A stretch of 63,571 bases of DNA, filler included, from Octopus bimaculoides (lineage: Eukaryota): NCBI RefSeq assembly GCF_001194135.2. It is 6 parts of 6 records of this genome, joined end to end, with 100 filler letters (N's around TTAATTAATTAA, not from the genome) between each part and the next. Parts side by side here need not be neighbours in the genome. Positions count along the whole stretch, not along the records: positions 1 to 22,279 come from NC_069008.1; positions 22,380 to 39,690 come from NC_068990.1; 4 more parts are not named here. One strand, written 5' to 3'. Position 1 is the first letter of the stretch, and each line of letters opens with the position of its first letter. Positions 11,600 through 22,491 of this stretch are shown here, piece by piece. The notes under the pieces are model-generated. The model saw nothing but the letters and a program-made list of their open reading frames with translations, made no database searches and was not told the origin of the DNA. Made by a program: the position numbers and the translations under genes.

Positions 11600-12929
11600 T
11601 ATCAAAAAGAATCAGAATCATTTAAGTGCTTACGACGAGAGAAGTAGCAGAGGCAGACATGATCTCAAGGAAACGAAATGAGTATGATAATAATATGTTG
11701 AAAAGTTACAAGCTTAGGAAAGCAATAAAAATGCTTACATAAGGTCTAGTACCATCTTGCATGCAGACTTTTTATGTATTATTTGGAGAATACGATAGCA
11801 GTCACCACCATCCCATAGACTCCACCATCCCAGATAAAGATATGTAGATTCTACATGTATGAATATACATCCCAAAACGAATATATGCATATACATTTAT
11901 ACAAATACACTATACACGCATAGACCTGTATACAAATACTCTATCAGAGAAAAGGATATGGTAGAAACTTAGGCTTCAGGTCCCAGGACAGAATCCCTCC
12001 ACACTTCAGACCACCGATTCACTCACTTCAAAGTCATACCATCTCTCTTCCACTGCAAAATCTGCTCTCTGACTTCCTAATTTCAAATCCTTTGCACTGC
12101 CGTGTTTGTCGCTCCCATATTCATGTAATTTCATGCATTGTAACAAACTCCGGATGATGAAACCACATTCAGTTAAAAGCAACAAGTCAGCATCCAGCCT
12201 CCCTCTTGAAACAAGAAGTTCACTCTTGAGGACTGAAGACCAACTGAGGCATCTGATTGGTTAATAATCGTGACTTTTTTGAAAATGACTATAGGCTGCT
12301 ATTCTTTTCAAAACTCAACCTAAAGTCACTAGATCTGACAAATTCTCACTCCTTATCAATAAAATAAGAGCAATCAACTGACCAGTCCTATTACTTCGAA
12401 CAAACAAATTGTGCTTATATTCAGAGTACGCTGTAAAAGAAAAACTTGACATGTTAGAAGAAAACTGGCTGTAATTCTGAAATCAGCCAATTTTAGTTTA
12501 AATCAAGCGAAAAACCAAGCTCAGCAGAAATTACCTTCAAAATTGTTCACCTTAATAATCTAGTTCCATAATAATGTAACTCACTCTCTTTTCGATGATG
12601 GAACTGGTAACAACTAATATCTTTTAATAGGGATATTCTTTAATTCTTTTCTCAAGACTTTTATACAGAAACTAAACTTACTACCCAGCCTTGCCCGATA
12701 AAGTATTCCCGGAATTGTTTGCCAATTTGTAGAATGGAAATTCACGGTACTTATGCATGTATATGTATTTAACCTAACTTCTGGCCTTATTTAATTAGAA
12801 CTATCCAAACAATAGTAATCAATTTACATGAGTAGAAGCTTTTAACAATTTTTATCCTGAAAATCACCTGTTAATTTTGTTTTAAAGAAGACAAAGTGAA
12901 AGATGTATGTGAAATGGACATGTGTATGT

Positions 12930-12945
12930 ATGAGAGAAAGAGACA

Positions 12946-12977
<32 letters not shown>

Positions 12978-13001
12978 CACACACACAGAGAGAGACAGAC
13001 A

Positions 13002-13045
<44 letters not shown>

Positions 13046-13058
13046 GAGAGACAGAGAC

Positions 13059-13111
<53 letters not shown>

Positions 13112-13198
13112 GACAGAGAGAGAGACAGAGAGAGAGACAGAGAGAGAGACAGAGAGAGAGACACAGAGAGAGACACAGAGAGAGACAGAGAGAGAGAG
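12930..13198. repeat. Compound (GA)n/(GACA)n microsatellite
   Basis: Directly visible; source of the RERE/SLSL pseudo-ORFs. Confidence 0.95.
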
Positions 13199-14427
13199 TG
13201 CCACTTACACATACATGAAAGCACACACGTTCACTCACTCACTCACACACACGCACACACGTACATACAAAAAGATGTACGCATATGTATTGATGTATGT
13301 ACGTATACATGACAACACACCTCTTCCCTCACTCTCTCGCTCGCTCTCTCTTTCTCTCTCTCTCTCTCTTTCACACACACACACACGTCCATTTCATATA
13401 CACGTAAATACATCTTTCACTTTCTCCTCTCTTTCACTTCAAAACAAAAGTAAATAAATAAATTTTTTACGGAAATTAACGAACTCCGGATGATGAAATC
13501 ACATTTAGTTAAAAACATTTCGAAATGATTAAAATATTGTGTACGTCAAAAATTCAAAGGTTTTTTTTTTTCTTAGAGAGCGCGAAGGCAATGTGTGTGT
13601 ATATGTCACAGATAGCGGACGTGTGCTTGTGTGGATTGACACGCCATGACATTCATTGTATGTCTGTGTATTCTGTTTTTGTGTATGTGTGTTGACGTCT
13701 TGGAAGCAATGCATCTTTTTCATCAAGAAATAACAAAAATTGTGTAATCGTTTAAATAGAGGCTCAAATGTCACAAAAATTTGTGCAGCACTGCCGAAGG
13801 GAAGTATGAAAATAAATATGTAAAAACAATTAAGATAAAATAAACTATTTCTGAGATGTTTCAGTTACACACAAACATCCCTCGAGTTTTAGCATTATGA
13901 AGGTTTTCGTTCACTGAAATGTGCACCATATATGCAACTATTCTAGAAACAGCTTTAAGTCTTTATGCACAACTTCTTACTCTATTATTTATATACCTCT
14001 TACTCCAATAACTCTATTATAAATTCCATGCACTGAATTAATATCATATGTTTTGCTTGTTCATTCTGTCTTTCTAACACATATCTACCTACACAGTGAT
14101 GAACTTATAGCCATTCATTATAGCCATTTATAGCCACGAGACTACTTTTGCTTAAGTCGCGGTTCAAGTGGGGATTTTAGTGGCAAACTAATTTGAACAC
14201 ATATTGTATATACCTGCTACATGACTTCATTAGGCGCAATTTTTTTGTACATACATACATACATACATTGCAATATGTATCTATGGATTTTTACGCAATA
14301 TTCAATTAAATGCACAATTTAGTGTTTCCAAAACAACAAATATTATGAAATATCATAGATCCATAGATCCGTTAACAAAGCTGCAAGATTTTTAAAATTC
14401 AGACATAGTGAAAGTACCACAATAGCT

Positions 14428-17300
14428 AATTACTTCAACCTAGATCGCGTGGGCCGCCCCTCAAGCCCTCCAGCTTCCGCAGTAAGGGCTCTAGAGTTAA
14501 CACATACAGAAGTGGGGAGAGAGGAGAGGATACCCTTGACAGAGCGCTTGATGTTGAACGGCTTCGAGAAGAACTCGTTCACCCTAACGCTCGAGTTGAT
14601 GTTACTGTATAAAGCAATGATCCACCCGCGGAAGACGGAGCCGAGCACGAATGCTGCGAGGACCGACACCAGATGCCGATGTCAACCCTGTCAAAAGCTT
14701 TGAACTGGTCTAAATGGACCAGAACCCCACTCTTGCCAGGAGACCCATTAACTCTCTCTAAGATGTAGCGTAGAAGGTGGATATTGTCGTGTATGGATCT
14801 GCCAGAAACGGCACAAGTTTGTGCATCACCGACGATTCCACCCACAACACGTGCCAACCTTTTTGCTAACACCTTGGCCAGAAATTATCTATAATATTCC
14901 CCTTGTTTGGGTCCTTTCTAAGAAGCGTCACCACTTCCCGGTTCACAGATCTGGGTATAAGTCCATTCTGCTGCCAGTTGGTGAAGGCGCTAGCCAGTTG
15001 GTGAAGGCGTATGCTAGTAGATGCCCGAACAAGTCTGGCACACTGTTATAAAGCTCGTAGGGGGAGACCATCTCGTCCCGGCGACTTGTCTCCGCCGCAG
15101 TCAGACAAAGCCTCCTACACCTCCGCAGCTTTGATCGGCCCCTCACAGCACTCTGCTTCCCGCCCCGAGAGACGCGACATACCAGCGAGGAAGTTCGTGA
15201 GGTCCCTCCTACATTCCGACCCGCCTCTCCTCCCGAAATGCAGGGCGAAATGCTCTTGAAAAACCTTATACATCTCCTCGGGTTCGTTTACCAAGTTCCC
15301 TTGATTTTTGATCAAAGACCTTATAGCACCATTATTATCACGCTGGGTCTCTATCACATGGACCCATCCTGCGGCTCTGATTCCTCCCCGTCTCTTTGCA
15401 CGTTGCTTAGCCCTGACTATGCATCCTTCATTTTTAGCCTCGAGGTGATGGTTAAGCGCCTTTCTCGCAGCTAAAACTCGGGGCGCAAAGCCAGATTCCA
15501 GTGCTTCGTCTAGGGCCCTAACTAAAGCCCTTTCTACTCCATTTTTCATAGTCACTAACTCCTTGCTATACCTAATAGACTAAACTTTTATGGCTCTTTT
15601 GAGGGCATACCGCCATTTGTTGTTAATAATGGCACCACACAATGCCCTCATTGCTGTCTAATCCAACTCCTGTACTCCTCATGCCAAAAGTGACTTATTG
15701 AGTTTCCAGTGGCCGGGTCCCTGTCTACGTAACTTATTTAAGTCCATCCTACAGGTCACAAATTTGTGATCATAGTGAAATTGTGAACGACTAACTAGGT
15801 TTTTGTCTATTTCCCTAATTCGAATACTGTCTAAATAAGATCTAGATGATCCATCGCTATTCGTTCATGTCCACAATGGAGCGTCTAGGACATCTAGTCT
15901 GTACCTATCTGCTAGCTGAAATTGACTGAGTAGGTTACTGAAGCACGGGTCTCTCCTCCTGTCAGTAGACGAGCCAACGTATCTACGCGTGCACCACAGA
16001 TTTCATTAAAGTCACCTAACATTACTATGGCGTGAGACGTCCCAAGAAACTTCACCAGACCTCGAAAAAAATCAGACTGTCCAGTTCTCGAGAGAGAATA
16101 GACAGCTACAAGCCTGAAGACCTTACCGCTGCTTGGTGTCACGTCAAGGACGACCAACCTACCTTCGGGTCGATGAAGGTAGTTCTTGTCTCTAAATCCA
16201 GTTTATGCTGAGTAGCACAGCGACACCTCGCCCTCCTCCAGGTAGGCAAAGAGGAATAATTTTCTCATAGCCATTTAAGAATGGGGCAAAACCCCGTCGA
16301 CTACTCAGTCCGGACTCTGTGACAACCACTATAACCATCCTATGCGACCTGAGGTCATTCAGGAAACAACCTTGCTTCCATTCTTCCCCCAGGCCGCGTA
16401 CATTTAAACATCCAGCATAAAGTGTATCCATAACGTTGTACTCACGGCTGGAGATGGAGTAACACTACCATCTCATTCCTTTGGTTTTTCTTTTGGGGCT
16501 TGCGGAGTGTCGTTGACTAGGCTCTCAAACATTAGTAGGGAAGTCTTTCCTCAGAGGGCCTATGTCATTTTTAAATCGGTTTGCTAACCTATTATAGTTA
16601 GCCCTGTCTATCTTATAAATCGCTATATTTTGGCGGATGTTTTTTTTTTCCCCCTCAGAATTTTTTGAGATGCTGACCGCATTTTACACGTCTTTCATTT
16701 ACTGCAATAGTGACTTGTTAGTCGTCACTACTGCAGTATAATCCATGTCTAGATGGGAGGGGGACATTTTGGGCTGCGATTTTTTGGTGGTTGTATGTTC
16801 TGTTGGTTGTTGATTTTTACGTTTTGTTGTAAGGTTAGTGGGGTTGGATGGGAAGGGTTGTTTCCTTCCTTTTCTGGAGTATATCTACCACCCTTCACCT
16901 TTGGTTCCTTTCATTTCTTCTTCCTCTGTTTCATTTCCAGATGTTTCCTCACTTGGTTCTTCATCCATTTTGTTTTCTTTTTCCTTTTGTTTTTCAACAG
17001 ATAGGAAAAACACTGCTTTTTCGGGGGTAGGTTGGCACGCGGCCCTAATGTGGCTTTTTTGGCCACACTAGCAACGAGGCTTCCTCCCCTCTACCATGAC
17101 TCTCAGCTTAGTCTTACAACAAACGACTTGTAAATGACTGTGCACCGTCGTGCATTATGAGTGGTTTCACTGGGAGGGGTAATCACAGTTTAGCTCCCCT
17201 CCCTTTTCATCATTCCTTTATACTTTCCTAACTCGTTACTTCTGCAGTTAACTTTTTTGAAATAGTGGCTACTGCCGCAAAATTGCTTCCTTTTTTCTCT
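14428..17300 (-). pseudogene. Tx1-like (L1 clade) LINE with ORF1 remnant and ORF2 APE-RT, degenerate and 3'-truncated
   Basis: ORF1 knuckle RVMVEGRKPRC*CGQKGHIRAAC (~17035-17110). ORF2 starts MDTLYAGCLNVRGL (16431), followed by FRLVAVY..MLGDFN, IHDNIHLLR and LDQFKAFDRVD. It stops in RT near 14430. The 5' boundary is approximate. Confidence 0.88.
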
Positions 17301-17782
17301 GTATAAAATCTTCTCCAGCCAGCATGTTTATCAATGCTGTGCTGTTTTCTGTACTTTTGGTACTCTTACAAGAACTTCTACCAGGTTCATTACCATTTAA
17401 TTAACAATTTAATTAATGTTTTGTGTGGGGTCTTTTTCACAAAATATAGCAATATTTTCCCCTTTCACACAAGGGGGGAAAACGTTAACAAATGACTGCC
17501 TCAGGCAGACAAATAATGTGTTTTACACAATAAAGACACTAAACAAAAAGTTCAACAACGTAACAATCCAACAGTATAAATTCATCGAATTATCCACAAA
17601 ACTTACGCCAAACCTTTCGAACAACGCACAAACAACATTCACGTACAAGTCGGTCCAGATGATTGAAACAACGGAGGAAGCAAATGTCAATGTTAATTTA
17701 TTGATGCATTTGGGGATGGTCATATTTTGCCAACTAAACACATGCACTATATACTTCCTTTTCACTTCAGCTTGTATTATTA

Positions 17783-17837
<55 letters not shown>

Positions 17838-18729
17838 CTTAGTGTTTTTTTTTTCTAGGATCTCTCGTCACACATTCTGTGACCTCATCACCGAATCTCC
17901 ATCCCAGGTGTTTCCTCTTTCTCTGCTTATGCCAAAAATGGAATAAGCTGAAGAAAAGCAGGCACTTGAGGTAGGTTGTTGTTGTCGGTGAGGTCAAAGA
18001 TACTAGAATTAATAACAATAANNNNNNNNNNNNNNNNNNNNNNNNNNNNNNNNNNNNNNNNNNNNNNNNNNNNNNNNNNNNNNNNNNNNNNNNNNNNNNN
18101 NNNNNNNNNNNNNNNNNNNNNNNNNNNNNNNNNNNNNNNNNNNNNNNNNNNNNNNNNNNNNNNNNNNNNNNNNNNNNNNNNNNNNNNNNNNNNNNNNNNN
18201 NNNNNNNNNNNNNNNNNNNNNNNNNNNNNNNNNNNNNNNNNNNNNNNNNNNNNNNNNNNNNNNNNNNNNNNNNNNNNNNNNNNNNNNNNNNNNNNNNNNN
18301 NNNNNNNNNNNNNNNNNNNNNNNNNNNNNNNNNNNNNNNNNNNNNNNNNNNNNNNNNNNNNNNNNNNNNNNNNNNNNNNNNNNNNNNNNNNNNNNNNNNN
18401 NNNNNNNNNNNNNNNNNNNNNNNNNNNNNNNNNNNNNNNNNNNNNNNNNNNNNNNNNNNNNNNNNNNNNNNNNNNNNNNNNNNNNNNNNNNNNNNNNNNN
18501 NNNNNNNNNNNNNNNNNNNNNNNNNNNNNNNNNNNNNNNNNNNNNNNNNNNNNNNNNNNNNNNNNNNNNNNNNNNNNNNNNNNNNNNNNNNNNNNNNNNN
18601 NNNNNNNNNNNNNNNNNNNNNNNNNNNNNNNNNNNNNNNNNNNNNNNNNNNNNNNNNNNNNNNNNNNNNNNNNNNNNNNNNNNNNNNNNNNNNNNNNNNN
18701 NNNNNNNNATAAAAATAAAACTACTGAAC

Positions 18730-18797
<68 letters not shown>

Positions 18798-18803
18798 TAA
18801 TAA

Positions 18804-19390
18804 ATGCCCGGATGCAGTACCAGGCAGTGGCCATGCCTGGATGCAGTACCAGGCAGTGGCTCTCATGGCTTCTAATCTTAATTGATTGGAAGTGTTATCA
18901 TGTACATTGTTTTGTCTTGGTATAAAAAGATGGGCTACAGCAAATATTCTGCTTAATACCATAAATTTGCTTGTCACTTGTTTGACCTTAACCAGTTGAG
19001 CATGTCCCTTGGTGGCTGACGACATGTGCATCTCTGATCACGAGCAGAAGTAGTGGGGGAGCATCATAGCCATGTGTTGAGAGGAATTCTTTGGGGTTTG
19101 AATAATTCACCTCTGAAAACATGGGTGTTTCATTCAACATCCTTAAACAAACCTTATTCAGGGACCTTTTGAGCAGGATGGGCTACTCGACCTGAATAAA
19201 ATTCTAACTGGGCTCCACCTGCGAGGTCATGCTCTGTTTATCTTGATATGAGATCACCATGTCGCGTACATATGGTCGTGATGCATGTGCCTGGTGTACC
19301 CTTATCAGACGGTTAGTCATGATGGGTATACTGGGCTTCGTATATTTTACTCCAGTGTCACTTTGATGGCATGCTCTGCTCTCTCACTCA
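18804..19390 (+). mobile_element. ~0.58-kb non-autonomous element 'X' embedded in (AAT)n; 29-bp duplication at its 5' end
   Basis: Aligns with the minus-strand copy at 30940-31408. It has (AAT)n on both sides and no A/B boxes that I can see. Confidence 0.75.
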
Positions 19391-19444
19391 ATAATAATAA
19401 TAATAATACAAGCTGAAGTGAAAAGCAAGAATATAGTGCGTGTG

Positions 19445-20576
19445 TAGCTTCGTTGAGAGGAATCTTGAGCCATTCTTGCTGCAAATCTGCTTCTGCTGTT
19501 GCAGACACGACTGTGGAGGGTGACGACTTCTAACTTACCTCTCCAAGAGGCACCAAAGATGCTCAATAATATTAAGATCTGGAGATTGAGGGGTCGGGCA
19601 CTCCATGCGTTGTAGCTAACTACTATTCTCTTCATTCCAATTCTTAACCACATGAAAGGTGTGTATTGGAGCATTGTCATCTTCGAAGCTTCACTCACCA
19701 TCAGGGAATAATGTCTGGACCATGGAAAAGACTTGATTTCTCAAAATATTCGGATTAATTACTGCTATTGATCCGACAATGCAGAGCAACGATTGGACCC
19801 AGAGAATTCCAAGAAATGGCTGTCCAAACCATCACAGACACTCTCCCATGCTTCACTGTAGGAAGAAAGCAGTCAGGATTAAAAGCTTTTCCGGGCTGCC
19901 TCCACACATAAACTCGCCCTGCAGTGGGGAAAAGAGAAAAACTGGACTCGTCGAAGAATATTACTTGCTTCCATTGGTCTGTCGGCCAGCCCTTGTGATC
20001 TCTACACCAGCTCAGCCTTTTCTGGATGTTTTGATAAGAAAGCAGAGGTTTCCTGGTGGCGGCTTTTCCATGATATCCGGCTTTATTGAGCTCACGGCGA
20101 ACAGTTTTGGTTGAAACTGGGCTAGTCAGATGTTGATTCAACTCTGCAGTCACTTTGGGGGAAGCTGTCCGGTGATTTTTCATCACAATGCGATTCAACA
20201 TTCGTCGGTCTCTTTCACTGAGTTTCGAAGTCCTGTCAGACTTACTCCCCCTGCTGGAGGTTTTGCCCTGCTTCTCAAATTCAGTCATGGTCCTTGATAT
20301 GGTAGCTCTCGAAAACCCAAGGAGTTCAGCTGTTCTGGTGACGGAAACTCCTGCCATTCGAGTTCCAAGAATTTTCCCTTTTCCGAACTCCGTGACGCCA
20401 GGCATCTTAGCTTAATTTATACTACGATCTGAAAAAGAGATAGAAATATTCATTAAATTAGATAAATAAAACCATCTACAATCAAAAAACACTCACAATG
20501 AAATTTGGATATCTGGATGGATATTCGTAATATAATGGCTCATTAAAATATTGGAATTAAATTTCTCCAACTCCTG
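19445..20576 (-). mobile_element. Tc1-family transposon, degenerate and 3'-truncated
   Basis: 216-aa ORF 20405-19755 (HTH, VIFFDESSF, GRVYVWR), then frameshifted FEDDNAPIH..QSPDLNIIEHLW. Terminus TA-CAGGAGTTGGAG at 20578-20576, inside (TATG)n. Confidence 0.92.
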
Positions 20577-21166
20577 TATGTATGTATGTATGTATGTATG
20601 TATGTATGTATGTATGTTTGTATGTATATATGTATGCATGTATGTGTACAAATATGTACGTGTGTATATATATATATACACACACGCACACACATAATTA
20701 ATTTTAAAAAGGAGAAGACAACAATAAAAAACAACAAAGCGAGAACGTAGGACATGCAAAGTATTAATAAGATGCTCAGAGAAAGAAAAGAGTGGTTGTT
20801 TTACATTTCGAGCATAGCTCTTTTTCGGAAACAGGATAGTCCAAAGGAATATGAAGAAAGAGGGAAAAAACGGCAACAGTCCACGTGGAGTTACATTTTG
20901 GAATGACCAGAAGTAGGACAAAGAGAAAGTGCTTTCTGGGACAGGAGAGTGTGAAGAATGGTTGGTATCTGTGTGTATGTCGGGGGGAGCTGTGTCTGTG
21001 TGTTATGTGATAGCTTGTGTGTGTATGGTAGCGTATGTGTATGTGTATGTGTGGAGTGTGTGTGGTATTAACTGTGTGTATGCGTTTGTGTTGGTGAGCG
21101 GTCTCTGTGTGTATGTGTTAATGTCGTAGTGGGAGATCATCAGCAATAGTGACAGGGAGTGTATGG

Positions 21167-21230
<64 letters not shown>

Positions 21231-21529
21231 NNNNNNNNNNGTGTGAGTGTGTGTGCATGTGTATGCGTGTGTGTGTGTGCGTGTGTATGTTTGGAGTGTA
21301 GGTGCGTTGTCTGAAGGGTGTGTGAACGGATGGGTGTAGAAGAGACGTACATACATACATACATACATATTATATTAGAGGAATACTCTGTCTCTGATGA
21401 CGGAATACTGAGTGTACGGACACGGACTTGCTAACCTATCACTTGGGAGATCCCTGAAACAGTTAATTAAAAATTCTAAATGGCTTGATATACTCGTCCA
21501 GCCTTGGTTTTCGTTGTCCTTTTTCCTCT

Positions 21530-21710
21530 AACGTATATATATAAAACATAGGACGTGTGTCTGTCTATGCGTTTGTCATGTTGTTAAAACTCGAGATCCA
21601 CCCAACCAATTTTAATGAAATCTTACATAAGCATTTATATAGGGTCAATGGAGTGTCATAGTTCAAAAACTTTCGAACTTCTTGACTAATGCGGGCCCAG
21701 GGGTAGATAA
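21530..21710 (+). mobile_element. Possible Helitron-like non-autonomous fragment
   Basis: gtgtgtctgtctatgcgttt..caaccaattttaatgaaatctt..aatgcgggcccagggtag resembles recalled DINE/Helentron-type bodies. Confidence 0.35.
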
Positions 21711-22279
21711 AAGTCATTTTTTAAGCATTTTTGCAGTGTTAAGGCCCGTAACTTGAAGAGTATCCAATCGCTTTCCTCCAAATTTGCAACAAACGTTAAT
21801 CAGGCTCCTCGAATTGCTGTTGACTAAAAAAAATTTCGACGCCGACTATGGGCCTCCCCCCATCCCACCCTCCAAAAATGCAGACTAATTTGCTTTGAGT
21901 TTACTGCACTGAGTTTTATCTTTGTTTTAGCCATTTTCCGACGATAAAATATTGACACTACTTATGCATTATAAGTATCATATAATATTTCATGAAAACA
22001 TTTTTGCCCAATTTGGCAGAGGAAAGGAGAAGAACATTAATATTTTTGTCGCCGCCCTATTGATGCTTCATGTTACCAAAGCGCGCACCACTGGGCCATG
22101 TGCGTGTGTGTGCAGGCGGGTAAAGGCACAACAAACCCATTCATCCATTCTCCAGAACTGCCCTGTTGATGTTTCACGTTTCCAATCCTGTGCAACGCAG
22201 CGTAGCCCGGCAGCATGTCTGCTTTCTATGTCATCCATGTCTGAACTATATAATGCAAAATGCTCATACAAAAAAAAAA

Positions 22280-22379
22280 NNNNNNNNNNNNNNNNNNNNN
22301 NNNNNNNNNNNNNNNNNNNNNNNTTAATTAATTAANNNNNNNNNNNNNNNNNNNNNNNNNNNNNNNNNNNNNNNNNNNN
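22280..22379. other. Artificial 100-bp scaffold spacer: 44 N + TTAATTAATTAA + 44 N (also centred at 39735, 52260, 61027, 62464)
   Basis: Identical 12-mer with stops in all six frames, centred in N runs. Confidence 0.95.
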
Positions 22380-22443
22380 ACATACATACATTTGTGTGTG
22401 TATGCATATATTATGTATTATATGCATTATATATTATACGTAT

Positions 22444-22491
<48 letters not shown>

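Noticed and set aside
12140-12185. ~40-bp repeat aactccggatgatgaaa.cacatt.agttaaaa, also at ~13480; and gaaccagtgcgtgtgtttat at ~43808 and ~49673
   Set aside because: Real short dispersed repeats, but too small to classify; probably TE remnants.
21394-21430. CTGATGA motifs here and at 111-117
   Set aside because: No properly placed stem II + GAAA + NUH downstream in these copies.
22324-22335. Recurrent TTAATTAATTAA between N runs (five times)
   Set aside because: Synthetic 100-bp scaffolding spacer, not biological.
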